Assembly: GCF_000181795.1 (NCBI RefSeq)
Contig: NW_003526945.1
Span: 5,884,129-5,948,128, forward strand
DNA: 64,000 nucleotides
Direction: 5' to 3'
Source of the DNA: Trichinella spiralis
Lineage: Eukaryota
A program made the position numbers and the translations under genes. Positions 27,338-42,186 of the stretch are shown piece by piece. Position 1 is the first letter of the stretch. Every line of letters begins with the position of its first letter. The notes under the pieces are model-generated. The model was not told the origin of the DNA, made no database searches, and saw only the letters and a list, made by a program, of their open reading frames with translations.

Positions 27338-28630
27338 TAAATTACTGCTCCACCTCTATCTATCAAGATATTTTCAAATCTGCTAACTTGCTGACCACAT
27401 TCACAAGGATAAATGATGAATGAATGATGACAGATAAATGAATGAAATAAACCGATTATTGATCTGTGAAAGCGGATGTTTTTCAAAAAAAAATCTATCT
27501 ATTTTTCCTTCATTTGAACACGCGTATTACTGCCACTGTATTGACAACGAGGACGACGTTGATAAGATTCAACTTTACACTGATTTTGTTATGTCAGAAA
27601 AGAATCAAAAATGGCAACTTATCTGATTTGCTTTTAATTGACAATTATTTCCATTTGGTCACGCTCCTTGAGATTCATCATGGTCAAATATGTCGTCGGC
27701 TGGTGTCTATGGCCAATTCCCATGTTCAGCACGTTGTTCAACTGTGCCACTTGAATTGATCACTGGCGAAGAAGCTCTACGAGATGGACAACTTATCGTC
27801 CATCGAAATTATCGAATTATCTCTTTTCCTGTTGTAAAACAGAAATTCATTCAAAATTCATTTCACACACAACACTAATGCAAAATTACTGCAAGAATAA
27901 TTGTATTCGAATAATTCGAAGACAAATTCTGAAACAACAATAACCTACCGTCAGAACTTTGCTTTAGGCCAACAACAGCAGTATGAAAATTATATCGAAA
28001 ATTTGCGTTATCTAATCGCACTGTTACCGCCGAAAAATTCCGCCATACTGGAATATATATTGGAATTTCTGAGCAGCGTAGCCGAAAATGCTGAGCCAGT
28101 AATCGACGAAGCCAACGATGCATCGGTGCGGTTTTTGTGGAGCTATTCTCCCTCTCTCTCTCTCTCACTCTCTCTTCAACTTTATTACCGCTCCTTGCTT
28201 GTTTGTTTCAGAGCGCTGGAAACAAAATGAATGCTAAAAACATCGCCACAGTTTTCGGACCGTCGCTACTACGTCCGGATATGACTAAACAAAAGCCCAG
28301 CCTGGCTCACAACGAAGCAGTCATCGCCGTGGTCGAGGCGCTCATTCTTTACCATCGACAACTTTTTACGGTAACAATGTTCCAATTCGATTGCATGAGA
28401 ATTACAAAATTCCGCTAATCTTTCTGGACTTAGATATGATTAATAGCAATATTGATATTTGTTGAACTTTTCAATTCAGATAAAATTGTTCCAACTGTAT
28501 TTTCTTGCAGGTTACAAAAGAGACACAAGATGAAGTTTTCCGGCTTCTGCTAGAGACTGATCCAGATTCTTTGGATACACTGCTTTATCGTCGCCTTCAA
28601 GAATATTCAACAACAGAAGAAAACGAATAA
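20181..28630 (+). CDS. ARHGAP6: Rho GTPase-activating protein, ARHGAP6/ARHGAP36/RhoGAP102A-like; exons about 20181-20576, 24732-24891, 26055-26150, 26223-26424, ~26480-26645, 26728-26842, 26939-27163, 27968-28125, 28212-28370, 28511-28630
   Basis: RhoGAP core ELPRVIRFCVDYLRNYGMDKVGLFRVSGS (arginine finger), HDVATVLKNYLRDLQDPLL and GNKMNAKNIATVFGPSLL. ARHGAP6-type flanks AVWSPL/SNCMWRNALGEQVEL..LTILERKTLQKLA and LLETDPDSLDTLLYRR. All exon phases join. Confidence 0.88.
27252..27334. repeat. 21-nt direct duplication (GGTGAACAAAGTAAAAGAAAA x2) followed by (AT)n tract, intronic
   Basis: Copies at 27252-27272 and 27280-27300; AT run at 27304-27334. Confidence 0.85.
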
Positions 28631-29603
28631 CAAATCACTGTGAAATAAGGGAAACCAATTAAAACTGTCGTCATATGAATATTCTCTTGTATTTTTGAAG
28701 AAGAAAGTAAAAGAAGAACACACACACTTTCTCCGATAGCGCAAAGAGAATATTTTTGCAAAAATTATTATTCCATTGCAGAAACAACAGTGCACAGAGA
28801 GAAAGACAATTTCAAACGCTTTCACGTATCGTCAACGCATGGGATATTGCAGAAAATATCGTCGCCAATGTTCCAAATTGTAGTACTGTCATCGAACAAC
28901 AAGCAAAGAAAAATTATAAAACAAAAATTATTACCTTTGCAATAATAAGCACTGCGAAATCATGACAAAATTCAGCTTATTCGAAAAAATATTAATCAGC
29001 ATTGACACGCAGAAGCCGCATAATAACAGACACACACACACACGCAGAGAGGGAGAGAGAGGGGGAGGGGCAGATAGCAAGGAAGAAAAAGAGATTAAAG
29101 AAAAAAAACTGAAAAAAAATATGCATTACTTTTAAACTGGAAGAGAGCAGAGTTGTCATCAAATAGAAACAGATAGCCAAATAATGGCAGTTTTGTTGTC
29201 AATGACAATTTCAGAAATGACTTTATAAAATATACATCTCCGCCCATAAAGTTGAAGCATTAAAAGATGGCGGCAAACTGGGGAAATCAAATTTAAAAGG
29301 AGAAAAATCACTTTTCTTTTTATCACACGAGAAGAAAAAAGCGTGTATAATCAATAAACAAAGGAACACCTCTAGCACGCCAGGTTAGTGGGTGAACATG
29401 AACCGGATAGCCATGACGATTATTATTACCTAAACGCTGCATCATCAACGCATGACAATATTTTTTTCATATAAAATATCGAAGGCTAATTATCTTTAAA
29501 AATAAAATTTTTTTTATCATCAAAATTTGAAATTCAAACAATTTTTTAATTTCAAAGAAATTCTAAAAATGAATACATACCAAAAGAAAAAAAAGATAAT
29601 TTC

Positions 29604-31826
29604 CTAACAGCAGCGTGAACCATCTGAAACATGTGATATTCGACTAACATTAATTCTTTGTTGATAATCAATCACCTCTTTGCTCGGTTCCTGTTGCAAA
29701 AAATAAACGATTAAAAATAAACGTATAATAAAATAACTTCAAAAAAATAATATATGAAAATTGTCAAATGTCATTTATTTTTGCACTTCCATTTTCTTTT
29801 TGCTACTTATCCATCAAATTCTTACTTTGTTCAAGATGGCTTCAGCTAAATCATAGAATGCTTTGTCTATGTTAATTTTAGCTTTTGCACTAGTTTCTAA
29901 AAATCGAATTCCGTGCTTCCCGGCTATTTCTTCGCCACGCTCTTTTGATACCATCCTTTTCTCTTCTATATCACATTTATTACCCAGAAGCATCTTCTCA
30001 ACATCTTCACTTGCGTGCTACAATGCAAACTTGTATCCAAATATTTATTATTTGGAAAAAAATATACATTTTTATATATTATTCTTTGTTTCAATTTCAA
30101 ATGAAAAATATCTATCATGTTATAAAATATGAACAAAAGTTGTTCAATTGCATTCTGTTATTTATTAGAAGCAAATCAAATACTGATGAAATATGAAATC
30201 ACAGAAATTGAACAAAGCGAGTAAACAACATGTTTCCAAAGACTGATTCTGAATAAACGTTTACTTTCATTCATTACAAAAATTACGTTTTACAGATAGT
30301 AGTTACCTGCATTTCGTTAAAAATGTACAGTTTCATAATTAACATAAAAAACACCTATAAAAAATATTTGAATCCAAACAAAACTGCATGGAAATATTTC
30401 AATTAAACAGAAAGTAAAAAAGCAGATTAATTTTTTAAGTGTTCCACCGTTTTCATAGTTTGCTTGAAAACAGAAACAAACTGTCACATCACTTCACGTT
30501 GAATAAACTGAACTTGAACAATTGATTTACCGCTTTTGGGCAACTTTTCCCATCATACTACGATGGTATAAAATTTACGAGTGTTTCTGACATGTTTCAG
30601 GCAAAAGAAATTAAAATAATCAAACAGTAGGAAAATTGCAAGCGAAGAAACTACAGAATTTGTCAACCAAATTTGAACGTCCTTGTTGTTTACATTTGTT
30701 CACCAATAGCAACGAAAAGAGAAAATTTGAATGAGGAAAATCAACAAAACAAAAATTGTGATCGTTCACAGCAGTGTAGCGGAAATGATTTGCCCAATTT
30801 CCGCGCAGTGGAAAAGTCGAAGCTGTCAAACATTAGAAGAACCGCCAATTTCACAATTTGCAGCAGTGAAAAATTCGTCTAGAAGTTGTGCGTCCTTTTC
30901 AGTTTGCCCTTATCATAATTTCAAAAATTTGCCTTCCACTGCGGTAAACATGGACGCGATAACGCATCTGGTTGCTTTTCAGAAGACGTCACCAACTACT
31001 GCTATTATATAAACTAGTTCTATGACAAGAATGCACCAACAACATCTGAACACTAAGTGCAAACCAACCTGTCTTTGCTGACGTGCAATTGAACAATGAA
31101 TCAACAATATTTATGTTAATTAAGATATTGAAATAAAATCACCATTCGCAAATAAGTTTGATTTATGTGCGGTTGCGCAAACAATGCAACAGAGAGATAA
31201 CTGTTAACAGAAACAATACGAAAATACTTTTTTTTTAAACAAAATAAATTTTAAATTTGAAACCACAACAAAAAAAGCAATTGTTTACCTCTTCAATATT
31301 TCTCAACCATTTGGTTATATTTTCAAATGATTTTTGATTCGTAATATCGTAGACAAGCATGATGCCCATGGCGCCTCGGTAATAGGACATGGTTATCGTG
31401 TGAAACCGTTCCTGGCCAGCAGTGTCCCTAACGTAAGATGGTTTCAAAGTAATTCCAACGTATACACTGATACTGTGGCAAATACCAGATCTGCAATTTT
31501 ATCTTCTTGCCTTTCAGCTCAATTGTCTTGATTTTGAAATCGATTCCTGGAAAGCGCATGGTAAAAAGGAAAATCGTTAAAATGACAAAGGAGATGATGA
31601 TTCACAAAGCTAAATCAACGCTAGTATTGCTCATTCGCCTTAAACAATGCCGTTTCATCTAAAACACTGGAACACCGTGGAAAAAAAGCAATTGCATACC
31701 AATTGTAGAAATGAAGGTGGTGTTGAAAGCGTCATCAGAGAATCTGTATAAGATGCACGTTTTCCCAACCCCAGAATCGCCGATCAATAGAAGCTTGAAC
31801 AACAAATCGTACTGTTTCTTAGCCAT
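29604..31826 (-). CDS. RAB10: Rab10 small GTPase; exons 31826-31700, 31546-31486, 31427-31289, 30017-29826, 29690-29604
   Basis: [76 protein letters not shown] and a C-terminal CC prenylation motif (DGSRCC*). FHTI and DDAFNTT favour Rab10 over Rab8. Confidence 0.95.
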
Positions 31827-32923
31827 TGACTAAATTTAATTTATTTTTCATAAAAATTACAAAATCAAAATATTCGTTAAGAAATAAAGCAAGTTCAAAA
31901 AATATAAAACAAGTGTTATTATATACTTGATTGTGGAAAATAAAAATCTCATCGCAGAGCGGCTTATTTCACATTTAATATATCCTAATCGAATGTGTCG
32001 ATAACGTCAATTACACGTCTCGCGTAAAAAGCATATGGGCAAAACTGCAAAAAATATCCTGCCAAGCTATACATCGCAGCTGAAAAATGTTAATCATTGA
32101 AATGGATGCATCAAACTAAAATATATCATTCAAGACACTGCAGCAGACAATACTGAAAACGCCAAAGTGAATGCTAATTCAATTAATTATGGATAAAATG
32201 TGACAAAAACTAAGTAAAAGAAAATCATGTTCAAATTTATAATACTGTAAACTACAACAAAATGACACTATATTAATGATAGATTAGCAAAACGATGACT
32301 TAAAACTGACTTAATTATGATATGTAAAAAATTTGTTATGTTTAATTTTAAACTTAATACCATTAAACTGACTACAATGATTTAAAAATTCAATGCTACA
32401 GTACAAACTTTGCCTTACACTCAACCGAATTTTTTTGTTTTAATGTTTGATTTCTTCTGATTTTTTTATTAACTAAAAATACATTTTTTGAAAATAAAAA
32501 AATGTTCTTCTCTCTTTTTGATATGCTTAATATTTAAAAATATAAATTTACCAACAGATTAGTCATAAAATGATTTGAAAAACATCTATTGTTGTTTTTC
32601 AATTCAAAACATGTAATAAAAACGAAAACTGATTATGATACAAAATTCGAAATTTTATTGTATAAATAAATAATTGATTAATTAAAATTAAAATTAAAAT
32701 TCGAGTTCTACTTCGTTTTACATTTACTAATAATTTCCTTTCAATGAAATACTTTTCTGAAAATTTAAATTGATGCTATTAAAAATCAGTTTGCATTATT
32801 ATGATTAATGTTAAAACATTCATAAACTTTTGTTTTACAAATTTTATTTAAAATCATTACATGAAAATGAATTTACACTTGCCAGTAGATAGATACGCGG
32901 GATGGATAAATGTAAATTATTTG

Positions 32924-35554
32924 TTAAACTGTTGTCGAATAAAGTGCTTCCATTTTGATAGCTTTTTCCCATGTATCCCAGTCTAGTGTCGTGTTTCCAT
33001 CGGACAAAGAAAGACACCTATAAAATAAAAGTGGAAAATAAAAATAAAATAACTTTAGCCATTCATTTACCTAGCCAGTAGCAATAATTTATTCAACTGA
33101 TCTGCATTCATGCTTTGTCCTCCTTGATCTTGACGCACTTTCACATAATATTGTTGAATTCTCTTTAAAATAGAATTGAGCAAATGAAAACTGCTCCATT
33201 TATAGAAATGTAAAAAATTAAACAAATACCTCAGAAATATTGTCAGGAATGCTAAAATCAAGAATTTTGACAAGCGACATATATTTGCGAATATTGGCAA
33301 TAGCATCATTCGACAAATTTTCAACAGGATTTTCAATTTCATTATTCTTACGCAGACGAATAGCAATGTCACACTAATAAAACAAAATTTTAAAAGAAAT
33401 ATACATATTTATACATGTATTTTACCGGTAATGCAGATTTTTGACGTGAAAGTACCAAAACATTAATATCCGCTGGGATGGAGACTGTCTGCATTCCGTA
33501 AACATATTCAACACTTTTCTCTTCCATCAGATGTGCTATCGCCTTAAAATTTTCTTTTCCTGTTGAAAAAAAATTTTTAATTTAAATTTATTTCAATAAA
33601 TAAAAATTAAAATTAAAAAATACACCACCCAAAGAATCCAATTTTGAATCATCTACAAGACGGTCATGAATGATCATTTGTGTATCGTCTGACAATTGCA
33701 AACAACTTTGAAGCAATTCTTCCTGGTCACTTTCGTAATCTTTACGCGGTCGAAATGATTGCCCATTCAATACATCCGTATCAAAATCGACAAACACTTT
33801 CTACAAGACAAACAATTTTAACATACTTAACAAAAATCATTTCAATGCAATATTTTCACTATAATATTAATAATTATTAATTAACATAAATAATAATTCA
33901 CTTTTGTTAAAATCAAGTCGAAAAATTTGTTCAATTCATTCACCAACTGCTCATCGACGTCGTAAAAATTCAACGTCAAGCTTCCAACATTTGTTGAATT
34001 CACCCTTTTAAAACTGAAAATAAGTAATCAACAACATTACTATAACATGTAAAAAACTTATTTAAAGTTTAAAAATGCACTGCATCTTACACACGAGATA
34101 CCAAATGACATAGCAAATATTCAGCCGCTAATTGATCGCCAAACAGTAACTTTTGAAACGAAATGGTCAAATTTTGTCGAGCAGCAGCCACGTCACAATG
34201 AAGACGTATGTCATCTTCATATTATAAAAAATATTAAAATATGAAAATGAAAATTCTAAAATAAACTTTTACTATAATTGAGAGAATTGAATTCCTTGAA
34301 ATCAGGATGAGTGATTCGACTTCGACGAACTGCCATTACATGAATCGTCGAAAAAGGAAAAGGATTTCTCAAAAACAGAGGTGCAGTATATAAAAAAAAT
34401 TTAATCAATCAAATAATTAAAATGCTTACTCGCCAATGCCTTGCTGATAAATGCCAACAATTTCAACTGGTTCATTTAGTTTAAGTGGTTCTTGCTCTTC
34501 ACAAATCTTTAATGTTAATTACATAATATATTAATAAAATAACAACCTTTTGAATTATCACTTTTATAAACCATCTCTTTTGCATACGAAATTGCTGGGT
34601 GTTACTTTCACCGTTATCAACTTTAGCTCGTTTATTTTGCGAGTATTCATAACTCTCTTCCATACTAAAAAGTAATTTCATAATGTATAATGTTCAACAA
34701 TTATATAAATGCATTTTACCAAGTAGTATTTTCAAAATTGCACTGTTGTCGTAAGATTTCTTTTACCCATGACGTTTCGCCAGGTATGCTAATGCAAGTA
34801 TAAACTGTACGAGTATCCAACGTCGAGGCATCACCAACAAAATTGTCATAATTCTATTACAATATTATTCAATTCATTACATCTTACTGCCAACAGCCTA
34901 CTTACTAATGTGGACAAATAATCTCTGAATAATCCAGTTTCAGTTGAAACTGCTGAAATATTGTCTGTGGATTGGGTTTGCGTATTCATCTTTGCAAAAT
35001 ATTCCACTCCACGAAAATCTTGTACCATGCAATGACAACGCACTAAACAACCTTCAGGAAGGTTGTTATTTCCATCCAGATGAATTAAACCAACCTAAAG
35101 TCAAGTGATGAAAAACATTTTTACAAAGTCTTACTGCATGTGAAAATGAAGAATAAAACTTTTCAATACTGAAAAATCAAAATATTGTGTACTTGAACAA
35201 ATCTGTTTCCTTTTAACCAGTCACTGCAAAAATTTAGCGCTTCTTTTTTAAATTCAGCGTAATCTTTCCCTTCCTTCAAGCACACGCGCTCTAAAAAAAT
35301 TGGAATCATAGAAACCATGTAAAAATCAATAAAACATCATACATTGCCATTTCAAACATTAAATATTCTCTATCATCATTATTTTAACATTCCCAATTCA
35401 AAAATAATTACTAATTCAATCTTGAAAATTTTTAAAGAAATACTGAAATAAAATTGCTGAAGAATTGACATAAAAATATGTTTTTACCAGCAATATTATC
35501 AATTTCTAATAAAGGAGAGTGCAAAAATTTATCCAAGACCATATCGTCAATCAT
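32924..35554 (-). CDS. MCMBP: Mini-chromosome maintenance complex-binding protein (multi-exon; internal exon boundaries not all resolved)
   Basis: Exon 1 MIDDMVLDKFLHSPLLEID; LVRCHCMVQDFRGVEYF; VYTCISIPGETSWVKE; RPRKDYESDQEELLQSCLQLSDDTQMII; C-terminus IQQYYVKVRQ..MNADQLNKLLLLARCLSLSDGNTTLDWDTWEKAIKME. All resemble MCMBP. Confidence 0.85.
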
Positions 35555-36916
35555 TTTCCTTTTTCTCTGTTGAATCCAAAGCAAGGACAAATAGTCCTAC
35601 AAAAACAAAATCAAGTTCTAATTGAAAAATAGATCATTATAAAAAGTCAAACTTCAACAATTGGTAGTATATTAATGTTTAAAATTGTAGCATACAAATT
35701 CGAAAAGATCATTATTATTTTCAATTTAATTTTTTTGAATTTTATAAAGGAAATATTAAAAGATTTGTAGTATTCATTTTTTCGTTGATTAGTACATACG
35801 CAAAAGATATACTGTCAAAAAGTGCGTGAAAATCACAATAGCACTATGGTGACATTGGCAGGCATTTCTTTCGGTGTGTAAGAGAAGAGAATATGCGTGA
35901 AATAGCAGTTCAGTCGAACGATCGAGTTGTGCAGTGTGGCATTTTAGAAAAGGTAAGAGTGTACGATTTTTGTATGATGATGAATTGTGTCATTGTGCTT
36001 TTGCTGTCTTATTCGTAGATTGATGCAAGTGAACAACGAGTCGGAAACCAGTACTAATCAAATCAAGGAATGGTCTAACTCGAGAACAAATTTTCACCGC
36101 ATTTTTTTACTGGTCGTGGTTGGAGGAATGATATGATTATTTGGATGGCCATTACAGTATATTGGAACGCAGGATAAATGTAATATATAACGTGTTTGAA
36201 CCGAACCGCTACAATAGCACTAAAGTATTGAATGTTAATAATTGGATGTGCAAAAGCTGACATCAAACTAATTTTTAACTAGAGTTCTGAGCTTCTGACT
36301 CTGTTTCATAATTTAAGCGAATTTTTTGGAAGTACAGATCGCTTTTCATACACTTTTGCTTCTTCGTTTACCAGAAATATATGTCAACCAGTTCTTTGCT
36401 TCATTCTGCTTTTCAGGCTTCTATATTTCACCAAAACTTATTAAGCGTGTATAAGCAACAGTTTTGCCCGTGTTTTGCTACTGCTAATTAATAGCATTTC
36501 AAAATTAACAGTAATCAAATATCTAAAACCTCTAATATGTTGTTCATTTTGTTTATGTTAAACTGAAGTTTGTTCAATTAATCATTCATTCCAGTTTGTA
36601 TAAAGCAAATTATTTATCAAATGCATTTTTTTGTTCTTAGGCATTTTTTCAATTTCTTAAAATATCTGAAAATCGAAATTATTTATTACTGGTTTAAGAA
36701 AATCATCCGCAAATGAAACGTTTTTAAAGACGAAACTACTGTCAAGCTAAATTACCTTTTAAGCGACGATAAAAGATATGCTTCTGGCGTGGATAATCTC
36801 AAATTTCCAAGGTTGAAATTTTGGAGCATAACTCCACTAAGTATTTAAATTTGCTCCAATTTAATTATTATTACACGACATGCTCTGCTACATATTCTTA
36901 ATATTGCTAGTATTAT

Positions 36917-37578
36917 TTATAACTGTTGCGTATTCCAAATGATGTTACTTTGTTGATAATTGCACTGCTTTTTATCTTTTGGTACAGGCTGTTTGCCAAG
37001 ACAAATGGCAATCTCTCTGTCACAATTGCATAATGCTTGTGCACATTTGGATTTATTCTTATCTGAAATGCAAAATGTAAAATTATTCAAATGGAAAAGA
37101 AAACTTTATTAAATACCTGATGAACAGGTAGGATTTCCATCGTTACATTGCCAATAGTACCATATATAATATTGTTCCCATTTTCCACAGATTCCAGAGT
37201 CAACTGCAGAATCGTAGCATTCGTCGTGGGTTTTGCAACAATTGTCGATTTCATCAACCGGAGTTCCACTTCCACCAAATCCACAATAGCATCCATAATT
37301 GTTGTAATAAATCATTCCATCAACATGGGCGGTACATTCAACCATGCAGCCAAGATTTGGAAGAGAATTTTCGGCAGAATTTGTGTAACACAGATAATCC
37401 AAAATACCATTGTCAGTAGCTAAACATGGAAAAGATTAATATACATATATATATATATATATTTGTAAAAAATTAAGAAAAAACACTCACTGGTAAATTG
37501 TTTTAGAGCTGAAGTAAAAACAACACCCGAATACATGGCAGAAAGTGTCAAGTAGAGAAGAACATGAGTAGTGCCCAT
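36917..37578 (-). CDS. Secreted phospholipase A2 (group I/II/V/X fold); exons 37578-37491, 37419-37117, 37062-36917
   Basis: Signal-peptide-like exon [24 protein letters not shown]; Ca2+ loop [21 protein letters not shown]; catalytic [10 protein letters not shown]-terminal [16 protein letters not shown] with the catalytic Asp. Confidence 0.95.
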
Positions 37579-38121
37579 GTCTACACTTTTTGCAGTTACA
37601 ATTTAACTGACGAAGAAGAAGTTCTACAGTTTTTGTACATTTTATATTGCACTTAAAGCTTTGAAACGTAAAGATGCAAACATTTGTTACATCTTTGAAC
37701 AATTTACAATCATCGAAGTAGATAAAAATATTGTTTACACATGTCACATGCAAGATTTGCTTTAGATAGCTTAATAAATTTATCAGCACATCAATTTGAT
37801 ATTTGCCCATTATAGTGAAAGCTGAAATTAGATGTCGCAGTTATTTTATAAACAAAATTATAATTTTAATATTTTATACTGACCAATAGAACTATTAATA
37901 CAAAGTAACAGAAAATTAAAAAAAAAATGCATCAACTAAAAATTTTCAACATTTACAACATGACATAATAATATTGTATTCATCGTATACAATTCGTTTA
38001 AATTTAGAAAGTTACTTTTCGTTTAAACGATGAAACGTACATTCACTAACTTCACGAATACTGCAAAAAAACAAATTTACTAAACACCCACAAACGATGT
38101 AGTGGTTCTGGTGGTATGCGT

Positions 38122-39975
<1,854 letters not shown>

Positions 39976-41836
39976 TTTCAATAATTTTATCTGGTTTTCA
40001 TATAAAAATTAACACGCCAATTCATGCCCAATTATTCAGACAAACAAAATTATTCTTCTTCAATAATTAACAAAACTGCAAACTCTACGTTGACAAAAAT
40101 ATTCCATTTTTCATTGAGTAAATGAGCTATAAAAGTTCATTTTGAATTTATTCAACACAATTTATCACAAGTTATCAATTCATATCGCCAACAATGTGTC
40201 AAGTTATAAAATGCGTCCGCATTTATTCTGAACATACTTATTTCAGACGTGACGATCATCTTAGCTGTACCGAAAACGTTAAAATTACACTGATACGGTG
40301 TTGTACCGGTTTAAATCTTCATTCATTTTACACAACACGCTGAAAATTATCATATTCTATACATTACCACATGTATGTTGTAAAAATAATTTATTTTCAT
40401 AAGTAATAATCAAGCACAATTATCGAATAGGAAATTTTAATTAATCAGTTGAACAGATGGGATTTTTTATTTTTAAAAATGAAACAGAAATAAATCGATT
40501 GATTTGTTGATTTGCATATTTTTGTAACTTACTGTATAAAAAATTTTTTTTTAAAACAAACTGTGAAGTTGTGTATGAAGTAATTTTTAAATTAGTCTAT
40601 TTATATTTAATTTGTTGTCAAAATTTTAACAATTTAAACAAATTTCATGCTAATCAGCTTTGAACAATGTACAATAAGTTTCAAGTTATTAAAAAAGAAA
40701 TTTTTTTAATAATTATTTAAATTATTCAAGTTTGAAAAACTGCAGTTTTGATTTCATTGTATTTTATTTTATTTTATTATATTAGAATAAATTGTAGTTG
40801 AAATAATTCAATGCAAACGCAATAACTTTTCATCATGTCCAATGTTACGTAATCGTCAGGTATTGGATTACTGTAACTGAATGAGCAGCAAGTTGACAAT
40901 GACGTTGCCAATAATCGTTTCAATAACGATCCGCTAGTGTTTTTTTTTCTACATCTTTCTATTCTGTAAAATGTATTATTCTTTTTATTTCATTGAACAT
41001 TCAATATTTGTAGTGATAAATCGAATCGTTTTGTTTTATTATCATCTTTATTTAAAATTTGATTTCAGTATGAATATTGGTTTGAAATGTATATAGATAT
41101 ATATACAAATTGTTCAAAGATTGAAATTGCATAATTTCAGCGAATTTGATGAAAGAGATGAAAAAAAAGTTCCTGTTGCACACAATAATAGAGCAGAGAA
41201 CAATGAATGGTGTTGAGCGTTGAAATACAAATTCTCATTGCCCGTATAGAACAAGCTTCGTCCACTACTGGTGAAAACAGAGACGACAGTAAGACGAATG
41301 TGCTTGTTGGTCATTATTATTGTTGACGATGAATTTTCGTTTCTGTTCTCTTCTCTCTCCCCCCCCCTCGCGACATGTGCCAACAAATACATTTCGTTTT
41401 CAGTTTCGAATGCTGTTGGCAAATTTCCAATGAGGGCAATGATGACGGTGATGATGATGCACGGCACGGGCGTGAGTGGAACAAATTATCCGCATCTTTC
41501 ACACCAACGAGAGATGCCGGCCGATGACGAATGAGCTGCGCTGTTGTGAACGCGCTTCGACGTCGGTGTGTAATGTATTGACCGACAATTTCTCGTTTCA
41601 TCCTACGGCGCCATTGTAAATATTTGCCCGGCCGCTGTGGACAAATAGACACAACGCTTAGCCAACACAGTTTTGACAACGCATTTTTATTGATTAATGC
41701 TTGGGCAGAATTTTCTTTCAGCCACCACTACTCTTTCACTTGCTGCTTGTTCCGCCGCCGCCGCCCAGCGTTGCGACGTTTCCAGCCGACCAACCAACTA
41801 ACACACACACAACTAGTTGTTGTGTTTGGCTAGCTG

Positions 41837-41858
41837 AGCTAAGCAAGCTTGCTTAGCT
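41837..41858. repeat. Perfect 22-bp palindrome AGCTAAGCAAGCTTGCTTAGCT
   Basis: The sequence equals its own reverse complement. Confidence 0.9.
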
Positions 41859-42112
41859 TGTGCATTCGTTCGTTCAGTTTTACTGGCATTGGTTTGCTTG
41901 CTTCGTTATTGCCAGCTTTCTGAGTTTCGACGAATGGCGGCGTCCGAAGCGGCGACGGTGATTGGTCAATTCTATTGCGCCACAGTTTCTCCACCGGCTG
42001 CCGCGAGTTGATTTCGCCAGTTGCGTCAAGTGTCAGTCGTTGGTTCGGTCGTTTTTCTGGACAACCGAGCGGCTGGCTCATATCTCTCTCTCTCTCTCTC
42101 TCTTATAGCTGG

Positions 42113-42186
42113 ATTCGAGTAGGCAAGATGTTGGCATAGCTGAATGTGATTCGAATTCAGCTGCGCCACATCCGGCCAGCTCGAAT
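42113..42186 (+). ncRNA. mir-31: microRNA precursor, miR-31/miR-72 family; mature 5p arm 42121-42143 AGGCAAGAUGUUGGCAUAGCUGA
   Basis: The 5p arm matches the conserved nematode miR-72/miR-31 mature sequence as I recall it. It folds back on 42154-42186: ATTCGAG/CTCGAAT basal stem, GCTGAAT/ATTCAGC at the loop, and TGGC/GCCA, GATG/CATC, GGC/GCC within the stem. Confidence 0.93.

Noticed and set aside
41114..41833. Several 69-120 aa ORFs on both strands
   Set aside because: Low-complexity translations with no family motifs; better explained as non-coding sequence near the miRNA.
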